Assembly: GCA_027923505.1 (NCBI GenBank)
Contig: BROI01000029.1
Location: forward strand, 309,370 to 329,369
Reading direction: 5' to 3'
Length of the DNA stretch: 20,000 bases
DNA from: Mayamaea pseudoterrestris
Lineage: Eukaryota
Made by a program: the position numbers and the translations under genes. Of the stretch, positions 18,643 to 20,000 are shown piece by piece (position 1 is the first letter of the stretch; each line of letters opens with the position of its first letter). The notes beneath the pieces are model-generated. The model was not told the origin of the DNA and searched no databases. It saw nothing but the letters and a program-made list of their open reading frames with translations.

Positions 18643-20000
18643 ACTGGTGACAAGTTGTCACCAAAGACATTGCCATCCCCTGAGACACCAGCCAAGCTTA
18701 CCTTCTTGTAGCGCAGCCTGAAAAAGGATGTTGGCACCATTCTGGTGTAATTTGGCACCTACAGGGCCTGCTGTAGGGGCGTTTGAATGTCATGGCATCT
18801 GCGGGCTGAGACTGGTGACAAGTTGTCACCAAATACATTGCCATCCCCTGAGACATCCGCCAACCTTACCATCTTGTAGCTCAGCCTGAAAAATGATGTT
18901 GGCACCATTCTGGTATAATTTGGGCACCTACAGGGCCTGCTGTAGGGGTGTTTGAATGTCATGGCATCTGTGGGCTGAGACTGGTGACAAGTTGTCACCA
19001 AATACATTGCCATCCCCTGATGAGACACCAGCAAAGCTTACCATCTTGTAGCGTAGCCTATATAATGATGTTGGCACCATTCTGGTGTGATTTGGGCACC
19101 TACCGGGCTTGCTGTAGGTGTGTCTGAAAGTCATGGCATCTGCAGGCAGAGACTGGTGACAAGTTGTAGCAAATACCATGCAGTCCCCTGAGACACCATC
19201 TGAAGGCTGGGACTGGTGACAAGTTGTCAGCAAATACCATGCAGTCCCCTGAGACAAAGCCAGGCATACCATCTTGTAGCGCATCCCATTTAATGATGTG
19301 GCACTATTCTGGTGTCATTTGGGTGTATACATGGCCTGCTGTAGGGGCATTTGAATGTCAAGGCATCTGCAGGCTGAGACTGGTGACAAGCTTGTCACCA
19401 AATACATTGCATCCCATATAATGATGTGGCACCATTCTGGTGTCATTTGGGTGTATACATGGCCTGCTGTAGGGGCATTTGAATGTCAAGGCATCTGCAG
19501 GCTGAGACTGGTGACAAGTTTGTCACCAAATACATTGCATCCCATATAATGATGTGGCACCATTCTGGTGTCATTTGGGTGTATACATGGCCTGCTGTAG
19601 GGGCATTTGAATGTCAAGGCATCTGCAGGCTGAGACTGGTGACACGTTTGTCACCAAATACATTGCCATCCCATATAATGATGTGGCATTAATCTGGTGT
19701 CATTTGGGTGTATACATGGCCTGCTGTAGGGGCATTTGAATGTCAAGGCATCTGCAGGCTGAGACTGGTGACAAGTTTGTCACCAAATACATTGCCATCC
19801 CCTGAGACACCAACCAAGCCTACCATCTTGTAGCGCAGCCTAAAAAATGATGTTGGCACCATTCTGGTGTAATTTGGGCACCTACAGGGCCTGCTGTAGG
19901 GGCGTTTGAATGTCATGGCATCTGCGGGCTGAGACTGGTGACAAGTTGTCAGCAAATACATTGCCATCCCCTGAGACACCAGCCAAGCTTACCATCTTGT
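18643..20000. repeat. Tandem satellite/minisatellite array with palindromic core TGGTGACAAGTTGTCACCA; continues beyond the window
   Basis: The core ACTGGTGACA starts at 18643, 18811, 18980, 19152, 19212, 19379, 19507, 19635, 19764 and 19934. This gives unit lengths of 168, 169, 172, 60, 167, 128, 128, 129 and 170 bp plus a partial unit. The sequence between cores is homologous from unit to unit. Confidence 0.95.

Noticed and set aside
18759..19979. Short ORFs within the tandem array on both strands
   Set aside because: They are by-products of the repeat. Most unit lengths are not multiples of 3, frames shift between copies and stops are frequent.
18643..20000. CRISPR array (regularly spaced palindromic repeats)
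   Set aside because: The sequences between palindromes are homologous to each other rather than unique spacers, most are far too long, there are no cas genes, and the context is eukaryotic.

Overview
Eukaryotic, gene-dense genomic DNA that looks like a diatom, probably pennate. This is inferred from short GT-AG introns, an AEA|F plastid-type signal motif and a transmembrane cyclase-PDE fusion. In order, the window contains: a possible 3' gene fragment; a probable plastid-targeted protein with a DUF151/bifunctional-nuclease-like domain; an SLC35F transporter; two diverged tandem paralogs sharing an unrecognised C-terminal domain; a 3-exon glutamine:fructose-6-phosphate amidotransferase (GFAT); a small 4-TM protein; a signal-peptide/coiled-coil protein; a 6-exon CHASE-like/class III cyclase/phosphodiesterase fusion; and a METTL21-like methyltransferase. 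From 18643 to the window end lies a CpG-depleted tandem array (units of about 169, 128 and 60 bp) rich in palindromes. The most notable observation is that the GFAT catalytic Cys lies behind an 80-aa mitochondrial-type bipartite presequence ending in A-Q-C, suggesting activation by protease cleavage after import. All calls come from manual reading, with no database searches.
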